The translations under genes were made by a program, and so were the position numbers. DNA of 32,000 bases, from NCBI GenBank assembly GCA_965231145.1, contig OZ246420.1, positions 60,001-92,000 of the forward strand, written 5' to 3'. This DNA is from Candidatus Saccharimonadota bacterium. GTDB taxonomy: Bacteria > Patescibacteriota > Gracilibacteria > Absconditabacterales > Absconditicoccaceae. Position 1 is the stretch's first letter. Each line of letters begins with the position of its first letter. Below the pieces are notes generated by a model. That model had not been told where the DNA came from and did not search any database. It saw only the letters and a list, made by a program, of their open reading frames with translations. Of this stretch, positions 16,904-29,493 are shown one piece after another.

Positions 16904-16931
16904 ACGGCGATGTTCTATCGCCGTTTTTTTT
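16904..16931 (+). terminator. Intrinsic terminator, cassette 4
   Basis: Stem acggcgat / atcgccgt with loop gttct, then T8. Confidence 0.75.
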
Positions 16932-16933
16932 CA

Positions 16934-16967
16934 TAAAAAAATGGTTGCCGGTAAGCCGGAAACCATT
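16934..16967 (-). terminator. Intrinsic terminator after the 112-aa ORF
   Basis: On the minus strand: aatggtttccgg, loop ctta, ccggcaaccatt, then T7. Confidence 0.7.
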
Positions 16968-16985
16968 GCCCTGTTTGCTATCTTA

Positions 16986-17324
16986 TTAATTTTGCGCTCC
17001 AATAGTACTTACGAGCAGGGTGTCGTCTTCTTGTACTTGTACTATGGTTGTTGGGGCTTTAAACTGTAAAACCGTAAGGAATACTCCAGGTTTTTTAAGT
17101 GTTTGCCATATTTCATTTGTTAACGCATCGGGGTGAATGTGAGTGGTTGCACTCCGAAGTTCTTGTACTTGAGGCGGTACAGAAATCACAGATAATTCAT
17201 CTCCCAGTGTGCCATTAGATGCAAAGTGTGCAACATGCCCGAAAGGCAGTACAGAGGGATCTATTTGTAGTGTGAAAATGATCCCATGATTTTTAAACAA
17301 CTCGTGTGCTTTTGTGTAGTTCAT
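16986..17324 (-). CDS. Hypothetical protein (112 aa)
   Basis: Uninterrupted ORF with a true TAA stop, followed on its own strand by a strong hairpin and T-run (16934..16967). I recognise no motif. Confidence 0.5.
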   Translation of the reverse strand: MNYTKAHELFKNHGIIFTLQIDPSVLPFGHVAHFASNGTLGDELSVISVPPQVQELRSATTHIHPDALTNEIWQTLKKPGVFLTVLQFKAPTTIVQVQEDDTLLVSTIGAQN

Positions 17325-17396
17325 AATTTGCTGTTTTATGTTTTAGCAATGGTAGTTGTTGGGAGCCATAATGCAATATAAAATAATTTTTTATAA

Positions 17397-17418
17397 CAAA
17401 AAACGAGCTCAGAGCCCG
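17397..17418 (-). terminator. Weak intrinsic terminator after rpmF
   Basis: 5-bp stem. It includes a G-U pair that forms only in the minus-strand RNA. A T-run follows. Confidence 0.35.
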
Positions 17419-17448
17419 CTTTTTACCATAAGAAAATAAGAGAGGAGA

Positions 17449-17676
17449 CTATGCGTCGATAGTCTTGCTCTTGTCCTTTGACTTGATCGTGATGATCTGC
17501 TTTCCAGCGTAGAAACCACATGAAGGACATACTCTATGAGTGAGCTTGTACTTCCCGCAGTTTGTACACTTTACCTGCGGATATCTTTCAGTCAATCTTA
17601 CGAGATTGAGTCTGAGCCATGCAGAGTGTCTTACGTGCTTCTTATGTATGGAATTCTTTTTCCTAGGTACTGCCAT
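17449..17676 (-). CDS. rpmF: 50S ribosomal protein L32
   Basis: MAVPRKKNS..KKHVRHS plus the zinc ribbon CTNCGKYKLTHRVCPSCGFYAGK match the bL32 pattern. Confidence 0.85.
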   Translation of the reverse strand: MAVPRKKNSIHKKHVRHSAWLRLNLVRLTERYPQVKCTNCGKYKLTHRVCPSCGFYAGKQIITIKSKDKSKTIDA

Positions 17677-17717
17677 TGTCTATAAACATGGAAACTAAAA
17701 CGTTTACAATTTGGTGA

Positions 17718-17996
17718 TTACGATTGTTTTACTTCAACTACTGTTTTGAGGTATGTTCTACCGTCAAATCTCTTGAAGTTTTTCTTCTTGAAAGAAACGA
17801 TACCATCTTGAAGAGCGTGGATAGAGAAGTCTCTTCCCTTGTAAACACCTTCTCCGCATTCGTACTCATCACCTTTTTGTCTGATGATGATGTTTCCTGC
17901 TACAGCAGGCTGACCACCGAAGATTTTTACTCATCTATACTTTGGCTTCGAGTCTCTGAGGTTTTTGGCCGACCCCGCGGCCTTCTTGTGTGCCAT
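17718..17996 (-). CDS. rpmA: 50S ribosomal protein L27
   Basis: Not in the ORF track because of TGA 17931..17933. The minus-strand translation is [51 protein letters not shown]... (92 aa). The TGA lies on the Gly of the conserved LGVK motif. Confidence 0.9.
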
Positions 17997-18046
17997 TTTA
18001 GGAGTTCTTAAAGTTAAAAACGTATAAAGTCCATAAACAATATGAA

Positions 18047-18086
18047 TAGTAGATACCTGCAATTTGAGTTGCTTAGATGTCTACTA
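18047..18086. repeat. Hairpin with TAGTAGA / TTAGATGT words between rpoC and rpmA
   Basis: tagtaga (18047..18053) pairs with tctacta (18080..18086). The ttagatgt word is shared with family 3. Confidence 0.4.
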
Positions 18087-18121
18087 TCTAATTGCTTATA
18101 GGCTTTTCCGAATGAAATGCT

Positions 18122-18176
18122 AAGAAAGGCTTCTCTCTAAGCCAACTTTCGTTGAAACTTTTGAGAAAAGCCTTTT
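18122..18176 (-). terminator. Long-loop hairpin 3' of rpoC
   Basis: aaaggcttctc pairs with gagaaaagccttt. On the minus strand the hairpin lies about 30 nt after the rpoC stop and is followed by tctt. It is not a canonical terminator. Confidence 0.35.
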
Positions 18177-18205
18177 TAGGACTGTTATGTAGTATAGCAA
18201 TCTTA

Positions 18206-21200
18206 TTACTCATTTCAAGTGATTTCTTCCTGACTTTTTCCTTCGAGTTCTTCAAGTTTTTGTCTGTAGATCTCACCAACTGGGAGGAGACGTCCGATAA
18301 TCACATTTGACTTGAGGTCATTGAGATAGTCGATGCTTCCCTTGAGTGAGTTGTCCACCATCACACGGATTGTTTCCTGAAATGATGCCGCAGACAACCA
18401 GCTGTCAGTCTCTTTTGCAATGTGTGTCAGACCAAGCGCAAGACGCTTTCCTTTCGCACATTGTTTCTTTTGAGCAGCAAGCTCTTCGTTCACTGTTACA
18501 TATTCTTCGTATTTGATCATCGTACCTGGGATGAAACTACTGTCTCCCGCATCTTCAATGAATACCTTAGAGAAGAGCTGTTTCACAATAACTTCCATGT
18601 ACTTGTCATTTACGTCCTGACCTTGAGATGTATATACTTTCTTCACTTCTCTTACGATATACTTCTGCGCTTCAAGGTCTCCTACGATAGCTTTGTACTC
18701 ATCTACGTCGAGTGCGCCAGTAGAGATAACCTGTCCTTTGAGAACAGAAGCTCCTGATTTCACCTTGAGGATTGTACCTCCAGAAAGAGATTTCTTGTAC
18801 TTTTGGATCACACCAACAGTAAGATAGTCTTTGTGTACTTCGAGTACCACACCGTCTTCTTTGAGCTTCAATTTGCTCTTTCCAAGACTTGCATAGTCAT
18901 CTCCTTTCTTTACTTCTTGTCCAACCTTCACAGTCGCCTTATATCCTTCTTTAATAACATATGGCTTTGGTTCTGGATCTCCGATGATTTCCACATCAAC
19001 CTGTTTTCCTGTTTCAGTTGTGATCACTTTTCCATCGAAAGGAGCAACAATAGCGGCTTTCTTCGGCTTTCTTACTTCAAATAATTCTTCTACTCTTCTA
19101 ATACCTTGCGACATGTCGGTTCCTTCGCCTCCGGCTACGTTTTCCGCATGGAATGTACGCATCGTGAGCTGAGTACCTGGCTCACCAATAGATTGTGATG
19201 AGATAATACCAACAGGCATACCAATCTCGACAGGCTTTCTTGTAGAAAGATCCATACCGAAACATTTCTGACATACACCACTGATGACTTTACATGTCAT
19301 AGGAGATCTTACTTTCACCATAGATACATCTGCATCAATAATGAGTTTCACATTTCTCTTGTCGAGGATCTCGCCTTGTTTGATGATTACGTTTCCGTTT
19401 GCATCTGTCGCATCGTGACTCAAAACTCTACCGAAGATGAGATCTTTGTATGGCTCATTTCTGAGTTCTGATTCTTCCTTCGTAAATGCGATATACTCCT
19501 GTGTTCCACAGTCAACTTTTCTCACGATAACTTCTTGTGATGAGTCACAGAGTCTTCTTGTAAGATAACCTGATTCTGCAGTTCTGAGGGCCGTATCCGC
19601 TTTACCTTTACGTGCACCGTGGGCAGCAATAAAGTATTCGATAGGCGAGAATCCTTCTACGAGCGAAGCTTGAATAGGGAGCTCAATAATTTCTCCTGAT
19701 GGAGACTGTACGAGACCTTTCATACCTGACAACTGTGTCATCTGACCCCACGTACCACGCGCTCCAGAGTCAACAAGAGTGTAGGCATTGTTACCTGGCT
19801 TATATGTTTCTTTTACAAGTTTTTCGATCTTTTTTACTACATCTGACCACGTTCTAATGATTAATCTATGTTTTTCATCTTCAGAGACGAATCCCTTAAA
19901 CGCAAAGTTGTAGATTTCATTTACCTTCACATGACCTTCCTTGAGAAGTTCTTCTTTCTCTTTCGGAACCATCATGTCAAACATGTTTACTGTCGTCGCA
20001 GAGATGGTTGCGTATTTAAATCACCGATCTTTGAGCTTGTCTGCTACCTGTACTACAACATCCATTTCGTAGTTGTCATAGATTTCATCAAGGATCTTTT
20101 TAATTCCTTTCTTTGTAATAGTCTCGTTTTTAAATCTAATCTTTTCAGGGAGAAGATCATTGAAGAGAACTCTACCAACAGTTGTATCGATATACTGACC
20201 ATCATGAAGGAATTTAATTTGATGACGGAGATGTACATCTCCGGCGTAGTAACGGCTCTTGACTGCCTCATAGTTCGTGAAGATGCCTGCGTATGTAGGT
20301 GTTTTTGTATAATTGTCTGTGACATAATAGATACCGAGCGTCATATCCTGATGGTGAGTAATAGTTGGCTCACCAGATGATGGTTTCAAGATGTTTTTGT
20401 CTGCTGCGATAAGTTCTTTTGCTTCTTTTTGTGCTTCTTCTGAAAGAGGAAGATGTACTGCCATCTGGTCTCCGTCGAAGTCGGCGTTGAACGATGCACA
20501 CACGAGTGGGTGTAGTCTGATAGTCTTTCCAGGCATAAGTTTGATCTTGAACGCTTCGATAGAAAGTCTATGAAGTGTTGGTGCACGGTTGAGGAGCACA
20601 TATTTATCTTTGATCACTTCTTCAAGAATCTTAAGTGAAATTGGGTTTTCTTCCTTGATAAGTTTTTCTGCCTGTTTTGGAGTATAGACGATCTTTCTTT
20701 CGATAAGTTTTCCGATGATGAAAGGTGTGAACATCTTTACCGCGATGTAGAGAGGGAGTCCACATTCATCGAGTTTGAGCTGAGGTCAAACAGTAATTAC
20801 CGATCTACCTGAGTAGTCCACACGTTTACCAAGTAAGTTCTTTCTGAATATACCTTCCTTACCAGAAAGCATGTCCGTCAGAGATTTAAATACTTTCACT
20901 CCTGAACCTCCCTTAGCAGCACCAGCTTTTTCCCCGACGATAAGATTGTTGATAGATTCCTGGAGGAGTCTGATTTCGTTTTTCTTTACGACATCGGGCA
21001 TGCCAACCTGGATCATTTTCTTCAAACGGATATTACGCATGAGTACGCGTCTATAGAACAGATTCACGTCAGATGATGCAAATCTACCTCCATCGAGCTG
21101 TACAACTGGTCTAAGGTCTGGTGGGATAACTGGAAGGTTTTTAATCACCATCCACTCAGGTTTTACGCCAGAAATATAGAGGTTGATGAGAAGTTTCATA

Positions 21201-22012
21201 AGCTTAAGAGCTTTGTTTTTCGCTTCACCCTTAAATCCACCAAAGTCTTTGATAAGATCTTTGATTTCTTTCTCTACATTTACATTTGAAAGGAGTTTAT
21301 AGATAGCTTCAGAACCAGATTTGAAACTAAGAATATCATCAAATCTCCAGAAAATATTTCTGTAATCACTTTCGAGGATAGTTGCGCTTGTCTTAAGGTT
21401 TGCTACCACAGACTTGATTCTGTTGAACTCTTTTTCAATATTATTCTTGTTGTCTGCGTAAAGCTTTTCTACATCGTTTTTCTTTGTAGAGTTCACAGCT
21501 TCCTCTTTGTAGAGCGCCTCGATCTCTTCAAGCTTTGTCTTGTAGTCCGCCTCAAGTCTTTTGAAAATTTCTTTCTTGTCAGCCTCTGATACGTCGTTGA
21601 TAAGAACATACTTCACGAAGTAGAGAATCTTTTCGATCTCGTTTACTGAGAGATTGAGAAGAAGACCAATCCTTGAAGGAGTAGCTTTGATATACCATAC
21701 GTGGATAACTGGGGCGGCGAGTTCTACATGTCCCATCCTTTCTCTTCTTACTCTCGATGTTGTTACTTCAACACCACAGCGCTCACATACAATTCCCTTA
21801 TATCTCACACCTTTATATTTTCCACATCCACATTCATAGTTCTTCATAGGTCCGAAAATGGCTTCACAAAAAAGCCCTCTGGGTTTTGGCTTCCCAGTTC
21901 TATAGTTGATAGTATCAGGACTATCTACTGAACCGAACGACCATTTTGCGATGTTCTCTGGTGAAGCAAGCGTCACCATCAGTCCATCAAAATGAGATTT
22001 TTCCATATGCAA
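18206..22012 (-). CDS. rpoC: DNA-directed RNA polymerase subunit beta'
   Basis: Track ORFs 20786..22012, 20021..20734 and 18215..19984 share one frame and join through TGA 20786 (GRSVITV-G-PQL) and TGA 20021 (LKDR-G-FKYA). TGA 18215 is also read through, giving ...EEIT-G-NE and TAA 18206..18208. The catalytic NADFDGDQM motif is present; 1268 aa. Confidence 0.95.
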
Positions 22013-22035
22013 TACACACTAATAAACTAAATAGT

Positions 22036-22079
22036 TAGAGTAGCAGATGGCAACTAGCAGAGGCGCTCATAGAGCGCCT
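22036..22079. repeat. Word element, family 2, copy F, plus adjacent GC hairpin
   Basis: tagagtagcagatggcaactagcag, followed by the hairpin aggcgctc-ata-gagcgcct (22061..22079). Confidence 0.55.
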
Positions 22080-22099
22080 TCGGTCTACTAATCACTAAA

Positions 22100-22180
22100 C
22101 ATAGTTCATAAAGTAGAAGGTTTATAAAGTAGAAACATTAAAGTAGTTTTAACTTCATAAACGTTACAAACTTTATACTG
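22100..22180. repeat. Word-palindrome element, family 1, copy B (rpoB-rpoC spacer)
   Basis: gttcataaagtagaag at 22105..22120, followed by gtttataaagtagaaac and attaaagtag, then cttcataaac and aactttatac words. Confidence 0.65.
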
Positions 22181-22185
22181 TTGTG

Positions 22186-25770
<3,585 letters not shown>

Positions 25771-25802
25771 GAAGAGGAGATGAATAAATTAAAATAATAT
25801 GC

Positions 25803-25830
25803 AAAAAATCCCCAAAGGGAGACCCTGTGG
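25803..25830 (-). terminator. Intrinsic terminator after rpmH, upstream of rpoB
   Basis: On the minus strand: ccacaggg, loop tct, ccctttgg, then ggaTTTTTT. Confidence 0.55.
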
Positions 25831-25912
25831 ATTAGTTTTGCCAGCTGCTTGCTAAAATCATGCGCGCGTTATGTAGCATAGAGCAGGAATATAGTGATAT
25901 GGAGGGTAAAAA

Positions 25913-26071
25913 TTACGACTTTTGTTGTACTGTGAGAGCATGTCTTCCTTTTGCTCTTCTTCTTGAGAGAACGGCTCTTCCGGTTCTTGTAAGCATTCTA
26001 GCTCTGAAACCATGTGTTCTCATTCTTTTGAGCCACTGGAGCTTTCTCACTCTATTTAACTTACTTGGCAT
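25913..26071 (-). CDS. rpmH: 50S ribosomal protein L34
   Basis: Too short for the ORF track. The minus-strand translation is [52 protein letters not shown] (52 aa), which matches the bL34 core HGFRARM....GR.VL..RRAKGR..L. Confidence 0.85.
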   Translation of the reverse strand: MPSKLNRVRKLQWLKRMRTHGFRARMLTRTGRAVLSRRRAKGRHALTVQQKS

Positions 26072-26078
26072 GTGCGAG

Positions 26079-26153
26079 AGTTTATAAAGTTAAAGGTTTA
26101 TAAAGTTTATAAAGTGAAAGATTGTTTATGAACTTTCTACTTTATGAACTTTT
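26079..26153. repeat. Word-palindrome element, family 1, copy C (inverted orientation)
   Basis: tttataaagt words x3, then tttatgaac x2. The segment 26134..26152 is the exact reverse complement of 578..596. Confidence 0.75.
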
Positions 26154-26155
26154 GA

Positions 26156-26725
26156 CTAATGTGTATAAGCTAATACCCCAAGTTCTCTTGCTCTGATGAT
26201 AGCACGTCTTACCTTCTTTTGATGCTTTACTCTGTTTCCCATGAACGCTCTTGGTTTGATATTTCCAAATCTTGTTGTATAGTGTTTCAATAGATTTACA
26301 GCTTTCCAATTGATGTTAGAGATCGTAGCATCATCTTCGAAAAATCCTTTTTTCACTGTAATATTTTTTCCTTTTGCGTCTTTTTCCTGTTCCCATGTTT
26401 TGTTGATCTCAGCATATGAGATAAACTGTTCGCTAGGAGCCATAAGGAAAAACGCAAACCTAATCAAACCTTTCATGATACCAAAAGCCGCCTTAAGAGA
26501 CTGTACCTTGTCGCCAGAAAGTTCAAGGTGATATGAAATGAAGTAAGCCTGCTTAAGCTTAAGCTTTGTAATATCGTGAGTAAGAGTAGTCATACCCATG
26601 TCGTCAGTAGCAATGATCTTTCCTCCGCTGTTCGCGAGGAGCTTCTGAATGTCATTTACGAGTTTTTCATGATCATCCTTGCTGAGCTGAGGCTGTAAAA
26701 GGATAACGAGTTCATAATTTTTCAT
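26156..26725 (-). CDS. rpsF/rpsR: Fused 30S ribosomal proteins S6 (N-terminal) and S18 (C-terminal) in one ORF
   Basis: The single open frame 26156..26764 has no stop of any kind. The likely start is ATG 26725 (MKNYELVILLQPQLS..., bS6-like through ...LIRFAFFLM). The C-terminus VKKGFFEDDATISNINWKAVNLLKHYTTRFGNIKPRAFMGNRVKHQKKVRRAIIRARELGVLAY is bS18-like. Confidence 0.8.
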   Translation of the reverse strand: MKNYELVILLQPQLSKDDHEKLVNDIQKLLANSGGKIIATDDMGMTTLTHDITKLKLKQAYFISYHLELSGDKVQSLKAAFGIMKGLIRFAFFLMAPSEQFISYAEINKTWEQEKDAKGKNITVKKGFFEDDATISNINWKAVNLLKHYTTRFGNIKPRAFMGNRVKHQKKVRRAIIRARELGVLAYTH

Positions 26726-26796
26726 AATACTTACATAAGAAGAATATAAAGGGTGATAGGTCAAATGCCGTAGGCACCATACAACCTTGTTAACAA

Positions 26797-26858
26797 ACAG
26801 ACATAGATTTCTAGATATAGATAGAGGCCCTATGTCTCTATCTCCTGCCTCTGTCTAT
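26797..26858. repeat. Word-palindrome element, family 6 (TTCTAGATA / CTCTGTCTA words), copy M
   Basis: agacatag/ctatgtct, gatagag/ctctatc and cagac/gtctg-type arms can pair. The 9-mers 26809..26817 and 26849..26857 recur reverse-complemented at 30330..30338 and 30299..30307. Confidence 0.65.
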
Positions 26859-26868
26859 TTTTAGTATG

Positions 26869-27678
26869 TTAGATAGCAAATCTCTTATAGTCAGTGATTT
26901 CGAGGTGTCCAGTTACGAACTCCTTTACTTTCTTGCTGTCATCCCAGATAGCAGACTGTTCAAGAAGAACATAGTCAGCAAACTCCTTATCGAGTCTTCC
27001 TGCTACAATCTTTTCGATAATATCTGCTGGCTTTCCAGAACTTGCAAGCTCTGCTGTTATTGCCTCCTTTACTTGAGCGATCTTATCTGCTGGTACATTT
27101 GCCATAGAAAGATATTCAGGATTCATAGCTGCAATCTGTAACGATACATTTTTTGCGATAGCTTCTGCATCAGCGGCAAGACCATTGTAGTAGAGGACTG
27201 CAGCGATCTTGTCTCCAGGATGAGAGTAGACGAAAGCGTTTGCTGTATGAATGAACGCATCAGCAAGCTTTACATTTTCACCGATCTTACCGACAAATTC
27301 ATGTACGAGAGCATTCCAAGATGCCTTAACACCTTCATCTACCTGATCGAGAGATGTAAAGTCTTTTCCGTAAGATTTTACCTCATCAAGAAGCTTGTTA
27401 GTGAGCTCTACGAAAAGATCATTTTTTGCAACAAAGTCTGTTTCACATGCAATCTTGATACCAACAACTCTTTCTCCATCCTTAACAACCTTTACAACAC
27501 CTTCGTGCGTCTCTCTGTCCGCTTTTTTTGCAGCAGCAGCGGCCCCCTTTTTCTTGAGCCACTCCATCGCAGCATCGAAGTCTCCGTTCGCTTCCACGAG
27601 CGCATCTTTACAGTCCTTAAGAGGAGCAAAACTTGTATCTCTGAGTTTCTTCAGAAGATTCATATCTATGTTACTCAT
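26869..27678 (-). CDS. tsf: Translation elongation factor Ts
   Basis: Start ATG 27678 (MSNIDMNLLKKLRDTSFAPLKDCKDALVEANGDFDAAMEWLKKKG is the UBA-like N-terminus of EF-Ts). IACETDFVAKND is the core motif; 269 aa. Confidence 0.9.
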   Translation of the reverse strand: MSNIDMNLLKKLRDTSFAPLKDCKDALVEANGDFDAAMEWLKKKGAAAAAKKADRETHEGVVKVVKDGERVVGIKIACETDFVAKNDLFVELTNKLLDEVKSYGKDFTSLDQVDEGVKASWNALVHEFVGKIGENVKLADAFIHTANAFVYSHPGDKIAAVLYYNGLAADAEAIAKNVSLQIAAMNPEYLSMANVPADKIAQVKEAITAELASSGKPADIIEKIVAGRLDKEFADYVLLEQSAIWDDSKKVKEFVTGHLEITDYKRFAI

Positions 27679-27706
27679 ATGTCTATCAGCGATAGTAACT
27701 AAAAAT

Positions 27707-28171
27707 TTATAATATCTTAGTGTCGTTAGGGCTTGGCGTATCGTTGCTATGCACAGACGTCTCAATGAGTTCTATGCGCAGTGAGAATATATCTACCACC
27801 CATCCACCTAGTCATTCGAACAATGGGAGAAAAACCTTATCTGACTTGAACGAGGTAAATCTTCCATCCCACGCCTGCTGAGCGAATATAACCCACACAA
27901 TCAAAAGGACAAAATAGAAAATGAATGGCAACACTTTTACATACGGAAGTAGTATCAGTATGATAGAAGGTATAAGGAGAAGGAAGAAAATTACCCATCG
28001 TCCCATCGCTTGTTTACAATGGAAAAACTCGTATTTTGTCATCTTTCCTTGCGTCAATGAGATGAGAATGCCCCACAAAACATACATCAGGATGCTCTTT
28101 TTTCTTTCAAGAGCTCCTGGTACGTAGTTTTGTGCTATCAATTGATCAATCTCATTTTGCTCTGCAGCCAT
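27707..28171 (-). CDS. Hypothetical membrane protein inserted between rpsB and tsf
   Basis: Track ORF 27812..28171 ends at TGA 27812. Under table 25 it continues to TAA 27707..27709 (154 aa). It has three hydrophobic helices. Its start lies 4 nt after the rpsB stop and its end 28 nt before the tsf start. There is a loose by-eye resemblance to DUF4870-type proteins only. Confidence 0.5.
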
Positions 28172-28174
28172 ACA

Positions 28175-28837
28175 CTATTTGTTTAGGATATATGAGAGTC
28201 CAAAATCAAGACTCTGGTAACTATCAACGTTTGCAACAACGAGACTGTCCTTATTCCACCGAGTATCAAAATTTGTTGATGCGATAACGATGTTGTCGAG
28301 ACCAATCTTTTCGAGCTCTTTTACGAACTTCATCATAGATTTTCCATCTACAACCACGACGAGATCAGGTCTCTTCTTAAGGTTCTTAACTCCCTTATAT
28401 ATCATTTCTACTTTCTTGAGTTTTCTTTGTTGAGTAAGCTGTTCTTTCTTAGTGAGCTTATGAAAATCCTCACTTTCGATGAAAGATCTAAGCTCGTTCA
28501 TCCCTCTAATTCTTGTAATAAGCGTATCAAAGTTTGTGAGAAATCCAGCAGGAACTTTGTAGTTGAGGTAGTGAAACCCCTCCTTCGTACCCATCTGAGC
28601 TATTTCATCAGCATAGAGACTCTTTTCGCAAATAACGAGAATTTCTTTTCCAGCTTTCTTTGCTTCTTGGAATTTCACCTTTGCTTGTTCCAGTTGTGTT
28701 GCAATCTTATCTGGATCTATGATAACAAGACCATTTTTGATATCAAGCCAAAATGATCTTGTTTTCGTGCTAGCAAGCTTCTTGATGTTTCCAATATGCA
28801 TGTGTGCTTTAAGCACGTCTTGCTTGGTAACAGCCAT
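28175..28837 (-). CDS. rpsB: 30S ribosomal protein S2
   Basis: 220-aa uninterrupted ORF. LKAHMHIGN at the N-terminus and PDLVVVVD...IVIAS follow the uS2 pattern. It lies upstream of tsf, as is typical. Confidence 0.9.
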   Translation of the reverse strand: MAVTKQDVLKAHMHIGNIKKLASTKTRSFWLDIKNGLVIIDPDKIATQLEQAKVKFQEAKKAGKEILVICEKSLYADEIAQMGTKEGFHYLNYKVPAGFLTNFDTLITRIRGMNELRSFIESEDFHKLTKKEQLTQQRKLKKVEMIYKGVKNLKKRPDLVVVVDGKSMMKFVKELEKIGLDNIVIASTNFDTRWNKDSLVVANVDSYQSLDFGLSYILNK

Positions 28838-28871
28838 ACTAAATATACTAAATAAACTAAAAGGTATGTTA

Positions 28872-28932
28872 TCTTAAGACGTAAAACTGAAAACCTAAAA
28901 AAGTTTTGAGTTTAGTCTTGAGCTTTTAGTTC
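28872..28932. repeat. Word-palindrome element, family 4 (AAAACCTAAAA / AGTTTTGAG), copy I
   Basis: aaaacctaaaa at 28890..28900 and agttttgag at 28902..28910. Both recur at 29497..29507 and 29516..29524. Confidence 0.65.
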
Positions 28933-29002
28933 AATAAGTTCAGCAAGGAGCAGAACTCCATTTACGCCGTTCTTACGAACATATTCTATACTTAATCAGT
29001 GC

Positions 29003-29062
29003 AATTAGATTATAGATATGAGATTGTAGCACCTTGCTAACATCTAATATCCAACATCTAAC
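29003..29062. repeat. Word-palindrome element, family 3, copy H
   Basis: ttagattatagatatgagattgtagc ... gctaacatctaatatccaacatctaa, in the same orientation as copy G. Confidence 0.75.
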
Positions 29063-29074
29063 CGCTCGTTAAAA

Positions 29075-29455
29075 TTATTTAAGGTTAACAGTAGCTCCAG
29101 CTTCCTGAAGTTTGTTTTGCATAGTTTCACCTTCTTCCTGTTTTGCGTTTTCCTTGATAACAACAGGAGCTTTTTCTACGAGGTCTTTAGCAGCCTTAAG
29201 GTCGATGTTAAGAAGTTCCTTAACCACCTTGATAACCGCGATCTTCTGCTGACCAGCGTCAGTAAGCTCTACATTTACGCTGTCTTTAGCAGCTCCACCT
29301 TCGTCACCTCCAGCTGAAGCACCACCAGCTACTACCATAGCAGCAGCAGTTACGCCAAATTCTTCTTCGAGTGCAGTTACGAGAGCAGCGAGTTCAACTG
29401 CTGTAAGTTCTTTTACGAGATCAAAGATCTTCTGTGCTTTATCAGTAAGTGTCAT
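29075..29455 (-). CDS. rplL: 50S ribosomal protein L7/L12
   Basis: 126 aa. It has an N-terminal dimerisation helix, an Ala/Gly hinge (AAAMVVAGGASAGGDEGGAA) and a C-terminal domain (KIAVIKVVKELLNIDLKAAKDLVEKAP). Confidence 0.9.
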   Translation of the reverse strand: MTLTDKAQKIFDLVKELTAVELAALVTALEEEFGVTAAAMVVAGGASAGGDEGGAAKDSVNVELTDAGQQKIAVIKVVKELLNIDLKAAKDLVEKAPVVIKENAKQEEGETMQNKLQEAGATVNLK

Positions 29456-29493
29456 TGTTGATTACAAATAATAAGAATAAAAAGGGTTCAAAT

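Noticed and set aside
13431-17448. The region with zero TGA codons as a horizontally acquired island using the standard code.
   Set aside because: Core genes on both sides (rnc, tsf, rpsB, rplJ, rplL) also lack TGA, and nusB lies inside the region. Absence of TGA is not diagnostic of foreign origin. No integrase, tRNA target or direct-repeat borders were seen.
17724-18011. 95-aa + strand ORF.
   Set aside because: It is antisense to the L27 gene (rpmA), which has an unambiguous ribosomal-protein translation on the minus strand.
25860-26087. 75-aa + strand ORF in the track.
   Set aside because: It is antisense to the L34 gene (rpmH), whose minus-strand translation matches the bL34 core. The + strand product has no recognisable features.
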